The notes beneath the pieces were generated by a model. The model did not search any database. It worked only from the letters and a program-made list of their open reading frames with translations, and had not been told where the DNA came from. Source: Planctomycetota bacterium (GTDB lineage: Bacteria; Planctomycetota; JAJSAM01; JAJVHW01). From it: a stretch of 64,000 nucleotides of DNA. A program made the position numbers and the translations under genes. This document shows, in pieces, positions 1 through 11,099 of the stretch; position 1 is the stretch's first letter; the number at the start of each line of letters is the position of its first letter. Location of the stretch: NCBI GenBank assembly GCA_965248445.1, contig CBDFJG010000001.1:160001-224000 (forward strand), in the 5' to 3' direction.

Positions 1-396
1 GAGATCAAACCGCGCTCGCGGACGCCTCGCCATGTACGTGCGCGCGTCACCCTCGTGAATGTCTGCAGTACACGCATCCAGACCGAAGTGCCGGCGCGCC
101 AGCCGCAGGATGTCGCCGTCCAGCTCCACTCCCACGAGGCGGTCGGGCGCGGACAGGTCGTCGATCATGCGGAGCGCTGACCCGCCACCGACGCCGAGCA
201 TCAGAACGTCGCGCGCTCCCCGCTCATCCACGAAGAAGGTCGAGAGCGCCAGGTGGTCCCAGATCGCCCCCGTCACCGGGCGGCCGGGGTTCCAGGCGGT
301 GTGCAGCACTCCGTCCACGTAGAGCCGCCGCGTCCGGCCGTGTCCGCGGACCTCGACGCGGCGGCCGTCGATCGTCTCCGCGTGCAGGACGCTCAC
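1..396 (-). CDS. Spermidine synthase-like SAM-dependent methyltransferase (partial, runs off the window)
   Basis: Not in the ORF track because it has no stop in the window. Manual translation from GTG 396 (GTGA overlap with the upstream stop) gives MSVLHAETIDGRRVEV...RDVLMLGVGGGS...LVGVELDGDILRLARRHFG...IHEGDAR...RFDL, i.e. class I SAM motifs. Confidence 0.8.
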   Translation of the reverse strand, partial: MSVLHAETIDGRRVEVRGHGRTRRLYVDGVLHTAWNPGRPVTGAIWDHLALSTFFVDERGARDVLMLGVGGGSALRMIDDLSAPDRLVGVELDGDILRLARRHFGLDACTADIHEGDARTYMARRPRARFDL

Positions 397-1088
397 GGGC
401 CGCCCAGCTCTTCCAGCAGCACCTGCAGGTCATTGACCAGGTGTGGTGCGGGCTCGTCGCGCAAGGCGTCCTGCACGCGGGCGGCCAGCCCGTTCCACGA
501 GGGCACCGCGCGCAGCGCTTCGACCGCCGCACGCCGAACTTCGTGGCGTCCGTCGTCCAGTCCGGCGAGAAGGGCGGCGCGCGCTGCGTCACTCGAGACC
601 CCGAGCAGCCCCAGCGAACGGAGCGCCTCGCCGCGGACGCGATGCTCGGAGTCCGCCCGCAGCGCGATCAGGACCGGCTCGGCCAGTTCGGCGGGTGCCC
701 CCACCCGTCCGAGCGCTCCGGCGACGGCATGTCGCACGTCGCGCTCCTGGTCGTTCGCGCAGGCGGCGAGCGCTGCGGCGACGCTCGCGGCGTGATCGCC
801 CTGCGGGGCCGCCAGCGCCCACGCGCAGCCGACACGCACCGCCGCCCCGTCCGCGCGCAGCCCGGCCACCAGCGCGGGGAGCGCGGCGCTGCCCAACGTC
901 TGCAACGCGGCGCGAGCGGCGTGCGGGACGTACGACCCCGGATCGGCCAGCACCGGAATCAGCGCCGCGGCTCGCAGCGCGGAATCGCCGTCGCCGTCAC
1001 GGAGCAGGTGCACACCGGCAAGCCGCGACGGCTCGTCGCCGGCCGAGAGCAGCGTCGCGGCCCGTGCGATGGTCCCGGCGCCACTCAT
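393..1088 (-). CDS. HEAT/PBS-lyase repeat protein
   Basis: Repeated D-x-VR-x-A-x-ALG helical units; overlaps both neighbours by 4 nt. Confidence 0.75.
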   Translation of the reverse strand: MSGAGTIARAATLLSAGDEPSRLAGVHLLRDGDGDSALRAAALIPVLADPGSYVPHAARAALQTLGSAALPALVAGLRADGAAVRVGCAWALAAPQGDHAASVAAALAACANDQERDVRHAVAGALGRVGAPAELAEPVLIALRADSEHRVRGEALRSLGLLGVSSDAARAALLAGLDDGRHEVRRAAVEALRAVPSWNGLAARVQDALRDEPAPHLVNDLQVLLEELGGP

Positions 1089-1321
1089 CGCTCATCTCTC
1101 GCGGACCGAGACACGAGCAGCGGAGTGCCCAGCACGACGAACACAGGAGGGACGAGCATCCAGAGCAACGGCGGCTCCGCCCGGCCGAACAGCGCCGCAA
1201 CCATCCCGATCAGCGCGGAGGCCGCACATGCCCCCGCTAGCGCCAGCAGAACGCGTGGCACGGCGGCCAGGAGCAAGCGCCGGCGCGGCGCCACAGGGTC
1301 GTCACCCATATCCGTCCTCAC
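1085..1321 (-). CDS. Small two-TM membrane protein
   Basis: Two hydrophobic segments; ATGA overlap with the downstream HEAT gene. Confidence 0.55.
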   Translation of the reverse strand: MRTDMGDDPVAPRRRLLLAAVPRVLLALAGACAASALIGMVAALFGRAEPPLLWMLVPPVFVVLGTPLLVSRSARDER

Positions 1322-1372
1322 GGCCGCGTTCTACCGGACCGGAGCGTGACGCGGGTGTGCCATACTCCCGGC

Positions 1373-1744
1373 ATGCGCCCGGTCGCTCTCGCCACTCTCA
1401 TCTCCACGTCGCTTCTCGCCGTGGTCCTCGCCGCGTGCAGCACGCCGGACCGGCCGTTGCACGGAGGGCGGGCGGTGCTCATCCACGCCGCGTCGCGAAA
1501 CGCGGACGCCGCCGTGGCGGCCGACCGTTTCCGCGAGGCAGGGTTCGACGTGCAGGTCGAGCCGGAGGGACCCGCGGTGCGCGAGAGGTCGAGTGCCATC
1601 GTCTACCGTGTCGGCCGCAATCCGTCGCTGCCCGATCTCGTCGAGTGGCTGCTCGAACCGGTCGGACCGGTGGAGATGCTCCCGTCGGTGCACCCGGGTC
1701 CCGGGACGACTGACGTCGTGGTTTGGCTGATAAACGACGGCTAG
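1373..1744 (+). CDS. Lipoprotein, LytR C-terminal-like domain
   Basis: Lipobox VLAAC; A..F..AGFDV, IVY and DVVVWL pattern resembles LytR_C; CATACT 6 nt before ATG 1373. Confidence 0.55.
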   Translation: MRPVALATLISTSLLAVVLAACSTPDRPLHGGRAVLIHAASRNADAAVAADRFREAGFDVQVEPEGPAVRERSSAIVYRVGRNPSLPDLVEWLLEPVGPVEMLPSVHPGPGTTDVVVWLINDG

Positions 1745-1746
1745 AG

Positions 1747-1953
1747 CTAGACCGAGAGCTCGCCCGCGACCTCGAGGAACAGCCCGCACTCCTCCTCGCG
1801 CGCCGCCTGCAGGAGCACGCGGAGCGCATCCCGGTACGCCCCGACGGCTTCGTCACGGGTCCGGTCATCCTCCGGTGTGAGGAGCATGCGCCCGATCGCT
1901 GCGCGCACGGCGCTACACGATTCGGCGAGGTGGATGAGTCGATCCTGGGACAT
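1747..1953 (-). CDS. Hypothetical small helical protein
   Basis: 68-aa ORF with protein-like composition, convergent with the preceding gene. Confidence 0.45.
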   Translation of the reverse strand: MSQDRLIHLAESCSAVRAAIGRMLLTPEDDRTRDEAVGAYRDALRVLLQAAREEECGLFLEVAGELSV

Positions 1954-2060
1954 GGGGCTCTTCCTGCGTTATCGGTGCAGCCTGGCCGGCTCTTCCCCAT
2001 CGGCGTGAGCGCGCCTCGGCTGAAGCGGGCCCAGGCTCGGCCGCGCAGTAGCATCGGGGG

Positions 2061-2750
2061 ATGTCCGACATGCTGCCCGGGAGCCCAGCGGCTCCACTGA
2101 CCACTCCACAGGCGATTCTGCGGCGCCGCAGCGTGCGCCACTACCACGACGAACCCGTGGACGAGGCGCTCCTCACGAAGCTGCTCGAGCTCACGGTCGC
2201 CGCTCCCAGCTCGTGGAATCTGCAGCCGTGGCGGATCGTCGTGATTCGCGACGCTGCCAATCGCGAGCGCCTATCGGCGGCCTGCTTCAATCAGCCCCAG
2301 CCACGCGAGGCGGCCGCTGTGTTCGTGTTCGCGATCAGTCATTCCGGCTGGCGCGAGGTCTTCGATGAGGTCATCGAGGAGGCCGAGGGCCGCGGCGCCT
2401 GGCCGGACGCCTACATCGAGATGTTTCGCAACGTGGCGGCCAACTCCCAGGAGGGGCTCGGCGAGCGCTTGCGGGAGTACAACACCAAGGACGCGCTCAT
2501 CGCAGCGACCCACCTCTCCCTGGCCGCCGAGAGCCTGGGGCTCGGCTCCTCCTTCATGAACGGGTACGACGAGGCTCGCGTGAAAGAGGTAATCGGTGCC
2601 GCGGACGACGAGGACGTGGGCGTCGTCCTGGTGATGGCGGTCGGACACCCTGCGCAGCGTGGCCTGAATCCGGGACGACTGCCGCTCTCCCGCACGGTCT
2701 TCGCGGAATCACTGGACCGTCCCTGGCAGGACGGCACGAGCGCGCCGTAG
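2061..2750 (+). CDS. Nitroreductase family protein
   Basis: RRSVRHY, APSSWNLQPWR, LAAESLGLGSSFMNGYD motifs. Confidence 0.9.
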   Translation: MSDMLPGSPAAPLTTPQAILRRRSVRHYHDEPVDEALLTKLLELTVAAPSSWNLQPWRIVVIRDAANRERLSAACFNQPQPREAAAVFVFAISHSGWREVFDEVIEEAEGRGAWPDAYIEMFRNVAANSQEGLGERLREYNTKDALIAATHLSLAAESLGLGSSFMNGYDEARVKEVIGAADDEDVGVVLVMAVGHPAQRGLNPGRLPLSRTVFAESLDRPWQDGTSAP

Positions 2751-2791
2751 ACTGACGGGTCGCTCCGCTGCAGGAGGCGGAACCACCCACC

Positions 2792-3211
2792 ATGTCACAC
2801 GTACCCTTCGACGGACGCCTCGACCTGCACGTCGCGTGCTTGCTCGTTGCCGAGCGGCACCACGAGCTGGCGAATCGCAGCGTCACGCCCAACGACGTCG
2901 CCGGGCTCGTCCTGGAGTTGATCGACCACCTCGACGTCGACGCGGACGATCTCGGCGACCTCGACGAGTTCCAGGACGCGATCGAAGAGGCGATGGACGA
3001 TCTGGTGAAAGCGAGCTGGCTGTCCCGCCGCCGCTACGGAAGCGTCGTGCGGTTCAGCGGACCGCCGCCGGCCGAGGACGCGATTCGCTGGATCCGCTCG
3101 CGGCTCGCAAGCCGCCCCCGCCGACTGCGCGCGTTCGACAAACTCGCCAACGAGATCACCGAACTCGTGGTGACGCGGCATGGCGCCGGACGGCGCACGC
3201 CCATCGCCTAG
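2792..3211 (+). CDS. Hypothetical protein
   Basis: 139-aa ORF with AGGAGG upstream and normal globular composition. Confidence 0.6.
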   Translation: MSHVPFDGRLDLHVACLLVAERHHELANRSVTPNDVAGLVLELIDHLDVDADDLGDLDEFQDAIEEAMDDLVKASWLSRRRYGSVVRFSGPPPAEDAIRWIRSRLASRPRRLRAFDKLANEITELVVTRHGAGRRTPIA

Positions 3212-3222
3212 CCCGCACGGCG

Positions 3223-5658
3223 TCACTCCCGCGACTCGCCGTCCACGACCGCTTCCTCGCCGAACGTCTTGCACGAGATCAGCAGCGCCGGGAGCAGCAC
3301 GAGGTCGGCCAGGATGCCGGCCACCATCGCGACGCCGACCAGAGCGCCGAAGTAGATCGTCGGGGTGAATTTCGACAGCACGAGCACCAGAAACCCCGCG
3401 ATCACGGTGAGGGCCGCGTAGAGGATTGCGCGGCCGATGGACCGATGGGCGTGGCGGCACGCCGTCGCGAAGTCGCCGCCGTTGCTGCCAACCTCGTGGC
3501 GGAATCGAATCAGGTAGTGGATCGTCGCGTCCGCGGCGATGCCCAGCGAAACACTGGCGATCGTGATCGTCATGATGTCGAGCGTGATCCCGGCGAACCC
3601 CATCGTCCCGAGGACCATCGCAATCGGCAGCATGTTCGGGATCATCGCGATCAGCCCGGCGCGGATGTGACGCAGCAGGACGATCAGCATCAGCGCCACA
3701 GCTACGAAGACGAAGCCGAGGCTTCGCACCTGGCTGCCCACCACCGTCTCGAGCATGCGCGTGAACAGTGGGAACATCCCGGTCACGATCACCTCGTCGG
3801 GCGGGTACTGGTCCGGCTCCGCGAGACGCGCTTCGAGACGCCGCATGAACTCGCTCCGGCGCAGGTCCACGCCGGTCTCGCGCAGCCGCGCCTGCAGCCG
3901 CGAGCGCCATACGTCGTCCGCGGGGTCTCCCGGGTCGGCAGTGTCGAGCGCGAGAACCATCTCGACGGCCGTGTCGAGCTGAGCTGCATCGTCGCCACCG
4001 CCCGTGAGCATCTGCTCGGCCATTGCCCACAGCGTCCGTGGCGGCATGTTCGCGAGGAATGGACTCTGCGCGACGGCGATCCTGCGCCCGTAGCGCTCGA
4101 AGCTCGCAAGCGACATGGTCTTACCCACCTCGGGCTGCGCGTCGAACCAGTCGTGGAGCGCGACGATCCGGTCGAAGTTCTCCGCGTCGAGGTAGGCGAA
4201 CTTGTCCTTCTCGGGCGGCAGGATCACCTCGAGTGTCATCGTGCCGCCGATCTTGTCGACCCACTTGATCCCTTGGTGCACGTCGGTCGACTCGACGAAG
4301 AAGTCGACGAAGCTCGTGTCCACTCGCAGCTTGGAGATGCCGATGCCCGCCGCGACGACCAGAGCGAGAGAGACGGCGTAGATGAGCGCGCGATGACGCA
4401 CCGCCGCGCCGGCGCACGCATCGAGGACCTGCAACCGCGACGTGTCCTCCAGGGGCCGCTCGTCGGTCGGCTTCAGCACGGCGAGCGCGCAGGGCAGGAA
4501 CAACAGCGAGACGACGAATGCGCAAATCGTCCCGCACGCCATCATCACGCCGAAGTGCTTGACCGGCGCGACGTCGGTCACCATCAGTGAGAGAAAACCT
4601 ACGCAGGTGGTGAGAGCGGTGTAGAGGCACGGGCGCCAGATGTGCGCGACAGCCGCCGAGATCGAGTCGTGGTACGAAGCGTCAGGTTCCTTGCCCCGCT
4701 CCTCCCTGTACGCCACGACGATGTGGATCGAGTGCGCCATCCCCACGATGAACAACAGCGAGCTGATGTTCGACGACACGACCGTCGTCTCCACACCGAC
4801 CTGGACCATGAGCCCCAGAATCGTGACCACGGTGATGAGACAGGTGACGACCGGCAGGATCACGAACCGCGGACGCCGGAAGAACACGAACAGGGCCACG
4901 AGCAAGAGCAGCGTGACGGCCCACCCGAACGTCCGGATGTCGTGCTCGATATAGTCGACCATGTCGACCGAGACCGCCGGCAGTCCCGAGGACTGGATGC
5001 GCGCGCCCCGTTCCCTGTGAGTCGCCATCACGTCGCGGATTGCGCCGATGACCGCGCGCTTGTGCGCGCTCTTCCGGTCGCGGTACTCCATCGAGCCCTC
5101 GGCCGGCCGGTCGCTCTCGGCGGGGACGCGCTCTGCCAGCACCTCGTCGAACGGCCGCAGGTACGCGAGCATGTTGAACGTCTCGCCGTCGTCGGAGACG
5201 ACGTTGCGCACGTAGACCTCGGAAGTCGTCAGTTCTTCGCGGGCCTTGGCGGTGTCCACCTCAGGATCGGCGAGCGTCTGGATGCCGATCGTCCCGTCCG
5301 CGCGGGACATCAGCAGTGGCGCGGTCGCGGGCGAGAGCACGCGCGTGATGATCGGCGTCCCATCGAGCGTGAGATCCTCGAGCTGGCGCGTCAGGACCGT
5401 GACCTGCGCCACGCCCTCCGGACTCCACGGCTCCGGCGGCGCGATCGCGATCAGCGCGTACTCGTCGTCGGTGAAGTACCGGCGCGTGTCCGTGTAGACG
5501 TCGAGCGTGTCGTCGCCCTCGAGGCGCAGCGTGTCCTCCCCCGCTCCCAGCCGGAAGTCGGGGAGGTAGACGACCGAGTACAGGGTCGCGATCAGCAGGA
5601 AGCTGACGATCACGATCCAGCGGTACGGCAGCACGACCCGGGCGTAGAACGAGGCCAT
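3223..5658 (-). CDS. MMPL/RND family transporter
   Basis: Duplicated TM-periplasmic-5TM architecture; GIAADATIHYL and GRAILYAALT motifs. Start taken at ATG 5658 (MASFYARV). Confidence 0.9.
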   Translation of the reverse strand: MASFYARVVLPYRWIVIVSFLLIATLYSVVYLPDFRLGAGEDTLRLEGDDTLDVYTDTRRYFTDDEYALIAIAPPEPWSPEGVAQVTVLTRQLEDLTLDGTPIITRVLSPATAPLLMSRADGTIGIQTLADPEVDTAKAREELTTSEVYVRNVVSDDGETFNMLAYLRPFDEVLAERVPAESDRPAEGSMEYRDRKSAHKRAVIGAIRDVMATHRERGARIQSSGLPAVSVDMVDYIEHDIRTFGWAVTLLLLVALFVFFRRPRFVILPVVTCLITVVTILGLMVQVGVETTVVSSNISSLLFIVGMAHSIHIVVAYREERGKEPDASYHDSISAAVAHIWRPCLYTALTTCVGFLSLMVTDVAPVKHFGVMMACGTICAFVVSLLFLPCALAVLKPTDERPLEDTSRLQVLDACAGAAVRHRALIYAVSLALVVAAGIGISKLRVDTSFVDFFVESTDVHQGIKWVDKIGGTMTLEVILPPEKDKFAYLDAENFDRIVALHDWFDAQPEVGKTMSLASFERYGRRIAVAQSPFLANMPPRTLWAMAEQMLTGGGDDAAQLDTAVEMVLALDTADPGDPADDVWRSRLQARLRETGVDLRRSEFMRRLEARLAEPDQYPPDEVIVTGMFPLFTRMLETVVGSQVRSLGFVFVAVALMLIVLLRHIRAGLIAMIPNMLPIAMVLGTMGFAGITLDIMTITIASVSLGIAADATIHYLIRFRHEVGSNGGDFATACRHAHRSIGRAILYAALTVIAGFLVLVLSKFTPTIYFGALVGVAMVAGILADLVLLPALLISCKTFGEEAVVDGESRE

Positions 5659-5851
5659 CAGGACGCAATGAGACGCGGCTGCGGGCTCGCGAGCCAGAAC
5701 CGCCTGACTTGCCCTGTCGCTGACTCCGCCGGCAGGCGGCGAGATGCCGCTCGGCGTGCGCTGATCTGCAGCAGCACGAGATAGCGCCCCACCCGCGCCA
5801 AGCTCAGTGAGCACATGGCACGGACGGGGGCGCTCTCTCTACCGCGCGCGG

Positions 5852-6469
5852 CTACTCGTCGTCCTCCAGGTTGTCGTCCTCTGACGGGTCGTCCTCTGAC
5901 GGGTCGTTCTCTGACGGGTCGTCCTCGATCGGTTCGAACGCCTGACCCTCGGCGTTCTCCTGGAGGTCCATCATCTTCTCCATGAACCCGGGGACCGGAG
6001 GCGGTGAGATGCCCGTGCGTTCCTCGAGCGTCTCTGCCGTCGCGAAGTTCTCCTCCCAACGCGACGCCTTGCCCTGGTGCGACTTGCCGCCCTTCGCGCG
6101 CCTGATCGCCTTGCCGACCGCAACACCGCGCAGCGGCATTCCGCCCTCGGCAAAGCTCTCGGCATAGAGCGTCCATCCGGCGTCCTGGAGTCGCTCGATC
6201 TCGGCTGCGTCTTCCGGGACGCTCTTCAGCCCGATCACGAAGACCATCTGATTGGCCTGTGGAGCAAGTTCCCAGACGGCGTCGTCGGCGACAGCCGTCG
6301 CGAAGTTGGCTTCGAGCGCCATGGAGCCCTTGGCCATGTGCTTCGTGAAGTCGATGAAGTCCTTCGACAGGAAGTAGCCGCCGACGCAGCACCCGATTCC
6401 GAGCACCACGACGATCGCCGCGATGATCAGCGCGATCTTCGCGCCACTGCTCTTGCCCTCTTTCGCCAT
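5852..6469 (-). CDS. Hypothetical single-pass membrane protein with acidic repeat tail
   Basis: GAGGA upstream of ATG 6469; TM ending GCCVGG; C-terminal (D/N)DPSE repeats from a 15-bp tandem repeat at about 5879-5925. Confidence 0.7.
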   Translation of the reverse strand: MAKEGKSSGAKIALIIAAIVVVLGIGCCVGGYFLSKDFIDFTKHMAKGSMALEANFATAVADDAVWELAPQANQMVFVIGLKSVPEDAAEIERLQDAGWTLYAESFAEGGMPLRGVAVGKAIRRAKGGKSHQGKASRWEENFATAETLEERTGISPPPVPGFMEKMMDLQENAEGQAFEPIEDDPSENDPSEDDPSEDDNLEDDE

Positions 6470-6793
6470 CGTTCCTCCCCGATACCTGCTGTGCGCGGGT
6501 CCCTGTTCTGTCCGGAAAGCCGGACAGCATGCCGGCAGTATGGTGAGGCCCGACGCCGACCGGCGTCCAGCACGATATCGGCGAGACCGATCCGGGCCTC
6601 GGCATCGTCCGAATGTCCAAACCGCCCAATCACGGGGCGGGTTGGGTCGAAGTAGAGAGTACGTCCTCGTTCGAGGCTCCCCGTGCCACCAGTGCTGCCC
6701 AACACCACCCCGCCGACGCTCTCCATCTGCCTGCACGCCGCCGGCGGCGCGCTGTCCTGTCGGCCTGACACGTCCGCCGCCGGCATCTGAACC

Positions 6794-9700
6794 GTGAACG
6801 CCCGAACACCCCGCTGTCCGAGCTGTGGCCGCCGTAACGCCGCCACCGCGAGTGGTTGCGCGCGATGCAACCGCAACCTGGTGTCCGTCTGCGCCTGCGG
6901 TGAGAGCGTCTCGATCCTCGCCGCGAAGTGCGGCTCCTGCGGCGCGGCACGGCGAGCAGCGCGGTTCCCCGTCATGCGGCGCGCTCTCCGGCGGACGGTG
7001 GTCGCCGGCGCCGTACTGCTCGTTCTCGGTTCGATCGCGTTGCTCGCACGTCACCGCGCGCGCCACGGCGACAAGTCCGCCCGAGCGGATCGCCGTGCGG
7101 CTGCCGCCGAGGCATTCGAAGCAGAGAACTACGAGCTCGCACGCGCGGGCGCGCGCACCCTGGTGGAGGAGGACGCGCGCGACGCACGGGCATGGCAGAT
7201 CCTCGCCATGGCGAGCAAGGCTCTTGGTGAACCGAGGGCGAAGTACCTCTCTCAGTCAGAGCGTGCGCTCGAGCTGAAGCCTCGGCTCATCACGGCCCTC
7301 GAGTTCCTCACGCGCGAGCACTTCCGCGTCGGCGAGTACGACGACGCGGCGCGATACGCACTGCGCGCGGCGGAGACTTCACCGGCCACGGCCGGTGCGT
7401 GGGCGCTCGTCGCAGACTGCGAGATGAGCCGCATCGCGCCCGACATGGGCCGCGCGGTGTACGCGCTCGGTCAGGCGCGGCGCCTCGGCGGGCCGGACCT
7501 CGAGATCCGAGCGCGCATCGCGGAGTTGCGTGTGCGCATGCTGGGAGCGACGCCCCCGGAAACGATGCCCTCGGAGATCCAGCTCGAACTCCTGGACGTC
7601 GATGTCGCGCTCGCCGCGGACAGAGAGAGCGTGAACCCGCGCATCGCGCCCACGACGTCGGCCTGGTTGCGCGCGACGATCCTCGTCGCCGCGGGGCAGC
7701 CCGCACTGGCGCTGCGGGAAATCGAGCGATGTGAGGACGCCCTCGCGGCCGACGCGCCGGCAGAGGAACGGGCGCATGTCGCTCTGCTGCGCGCCCGTGC
7801 GCGGGGTCTCGAGCGCAACTACGAGGCGGAATCTCGCGAGCTGTCGCGCGCACTCGCGCTGGCACCCTCCGGCGCCGTGCCGTCCGAGGTGGCGGTGCAT
7901 CTGGGGGCCGGCGGCCGCGGTGAGGAAGCCGTGGACCTTCTTTCGGAGGCGGCCGCGAGCACCCCCACCGCGGCGGTGGTCCGTGCGCTCGCGCGACTGC
8001 ACCTCGGTGTCGCGCGGACGTCCGAAGCGCAGGCCGCGCTGGACCTGCACGACCTCGACGACCCGTCCCTGCTTCTCGTTCGCGCCGACGTGCTCCGTGC
8101 CGAGGGCGACGTGGTCGCCGCCCGCAACGCCTATGCGCTCGCGGCGTCAGGAGCCGTCGACCCGCTGCCCGCGCGTGTGGGCGAAGCGCTGACGGCGCTG
8201 GTCGAGAGCGGCCCCTCCCGCGAGACAGCGCTGATCGAAGCCGAAGCGGCGCTCGCCGGCATGGGGGACGTCGCCATGCCGCGCGTCGAGGTCATGTTCG
8301 CGCTCGGCAGAGTGCGACTCGCCCGCGGTGATTTGGCCGGCGCGAGCACGGCGCTCAACCAGGCCGCCGCGGTGGATCCGTGGAACGCCATACTGCAACT
8401 CGTGCGAGCCGAGACATGGGCGCGCACGACCGAGCGCGGGGCACACGAGGCGGCCACAGACGCCGCTCTCATGGTGCTGGACATGCGACCCTACGACGCA
8501 CGCGTCGCCGCACCGGCAATGCGGGTCCTCCTGACGACGGGCCGTGTGCACGACGCGCTGTTCCGGCAACGACGTTCCTCGATCGCGCGCCCGACACGCC
8601 GGCGGTGCTGCGTGAGCGTGCGATCGCAGCGCTGCGCCTCGGCCGGCCGGCGCTCGCCGCGAGCGATCTGGGGCGGGCGGTCGCACTCGGCGACGACGAC
8701 GCCCTCACGTACGCGTCCCTCGTCGAGGCACTCCACCGCGCGGAGCGGCCCGGAGACGCGGCGCGCGCCGTCTCTGCCGCAGAGTCGAGACACGGGCGGA
8801 AGGGGGCCGCGGCGGCACGCATCGCACACGCCGTGCATACGGCCGACCGCGCTGAGACCGGCATGCCGGAAGATCCGCGTACGGCGCTGGACGCCGCCGT
8901 CTTGGCCGCGGGTGGCCGCCACGACGAGGCGCGCGTGCTTCTGCGCCAGATGCACGAGCGGGACCCGAGTGACGCAGATGCCGCGAGAGTCCTCGTTTTC
9001 TCGCTGCTGGTCGGAGAGACGGACGCGGAAGAGCTCGCAGAAGCACGGCGGGTGACCGAGCGGCTCGTCGCGAGCGGACATGACGGGATCGTCGAGTTGC
9101 TGCGGGGCGCGACCACACTGGCCTCCGGCGACCCCGCGGCGGCCCGTGCGCCGCTACGACTCGCAGCCGTACGCCGGCCCCACGACCCGCGAGCGCAGTA
9201 CTTGCACGGTGTCGCGCTGCACGACCTGGGAGACGTGGACGGTGCCCTCGTGCGATTCCGTCTCGCCCTCGCGCTTCCCGGTGCGGGTTGGACAGTGGGA
9301 CCCGAGATCGCCAAGCGCTTGCGCGCCGCCTCGCAAGACGAGGGCGACAGCGCACGGCGTCAGGAGCTCCTCTCCGCGGCAGTGCAGGCGAACCCCCGCG
9401 ACGCGGACGCCGCCGAGGCGCTGCACACGCTGCTCCGCAGCTCCGGTGAAGACGCCGCCGCCGCGCGTGTCCTCGCGCAGCTGCTGCGACGATCGTCACT
9501 CCCCTCCGAGCGCCGGCGCCGGATGCGGCTTCTCACGTTCGAGGCGCACATGTCAGCGGGCGACTTGCACGGCATGACAGATCACCTTCAGTCGCTCATG
9601 CGGGACGAGGAGCAGGACGCGGTGCTCTCGCTGACGCTGCAGGGCGTACTGCGCATCCAAATCGGAGACCCGCACGGTGCCGAATCGTTGCTGCGGGACG

Positions 9701-10758
9701 CCGTCGCCCGCGAGCCCGAGACGCTCTTGCCCACTCTTGCCCTCGTCGAGGCGCTGATTGCGCAGAGGGACTTCGCTGAGGCGCGAACCGCTGTCGGAGC
9801 GTGGAGTGATCTCCACCCAGGAGACCACCGCCTCAGGGACATGCTCACCCGCGTGCTCGCCCGGCACGGCGCGCTCGATGAGGCGCACGACGAGGTAGCG
9901 GAGCTGATCGGCCGAGCGGGTGCAGACCTCGTCAGGCTGCGCCAGTACGTGTGGATCGAGGTGCTGCGGGGACGTCCCGAGTCTGCGCTCGAGATCGTGG
10001 ACAACGCGGTGGCGGCCGGCACCGGCGAGGCGCAGACGGGCGCGGTCCTTCTGCGCGGCGAGGTGCTGCTGCAGGCGCTCGGCCGCGTGGACGACGCCGC
10101 GTCCGTCGCGCGTGGTGTCTTGAACGCCGAGGGCGCGTCGCCGCTGAACGAGCGGCGCGCACTCATGCTGTCGGTGGAAGCCCGGTTGCACACCGCGGGC
10201 GAGCAGGCGACTTCTGCTGCGGCCGTTCTGCTGCGTCGCCTCAAGCGCGGCGGGACCTCGGCGGGCGAGCGGAGCTTGACGGCCCGAATCGCGTTCGCCG
10301 ACGGCCTGGTTGCGTATCGCCGGGAACGCCTGACCACCGCCCGGGACCGCTTCCGCGCCTGCCTCGAAGCAGATCCATCCCACGCGGGCGCAGCGAACAA
10401 CCTGGCGTGGCTTCTCGCAAAGACGCCCGGACGGCAGAGCGAGGCGGTCCAGCTCGCCGAGCTGGCGACGCGCCTCGCGCCACGCAACGCCGAGCACTGG
10501 CAGACGCTCGGAGCGTGCCTCTCGGCGATGTCGCGTCACCGCGACGCCGTCGCGGCCCTGACCCGCACGCTCGGACTCCTCGAGGACGCACCGGCGGCGC
10601 GCGAGGACGCCGTGGCCGAGACGCTCGTCCTGCGAGCCGAGGCTCATCTGCTCTGGGACCACGGGTCCGCCGCGCGGGCGGACGCCGAGCGCGCCTTGAC
10701 GCTCGCCAAGCGTGCGGATCTGCTCTCGCGCGCCCGCCGGGTCCTCGAAGCCGACTGA
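6794..10758 (+). CDS. Large TPR protein with N-terminal double zinc ribbon and TM anchor (frameshift near 8566)
   Basis: CPSC/CARC/CACG/CGSC, one TM, then TPR helices. The TPR-like reading switches from ORF 6794-9055 to ORF 8380-10758 at about 8566; C-terminal AANNLAWLLA...AVQLAELA...WQTLG TPR signature. Confidence 0.75.
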
Positions 10759-11099
10759 TCCGTCCGCCGCCGCTCGTTCTGAGTCTCAATTCGAGAATCG
10801 GCTCAACCCGCGGTCGCTCCCCTCTCGATGCCACCAGTGAGGCATCGGTGGCACCAGGCTCACGCGCAGCGCGCGGGGTGTCGTCGCAGTCTCGGTAGAG
10901 ACCGAACGCGATGCCAGCCCAAGACCACACCCTGCCGTCCCCGGCAGGCGGCCTCCCGTGCCGTCTGCGGCGGATTCTCCGCGATTGCCCGTCAAGTAGT
11001 GGGGGTGGCGCTCCCGATCTTGTGGCGGGGAGGACGGTTCTCGGTCGATGCGCCTGGCGGGCGCGCGAAAGGGAGATCCGTGAGGTACCGAGCTACCTC

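Noticed and set aside
10759..11099. Sigma-54 promoter upstream of the PEP-CTERM gene
   Set aside because: A TGGCAC is present but lacks a correctly spaced TTGC -12 element.
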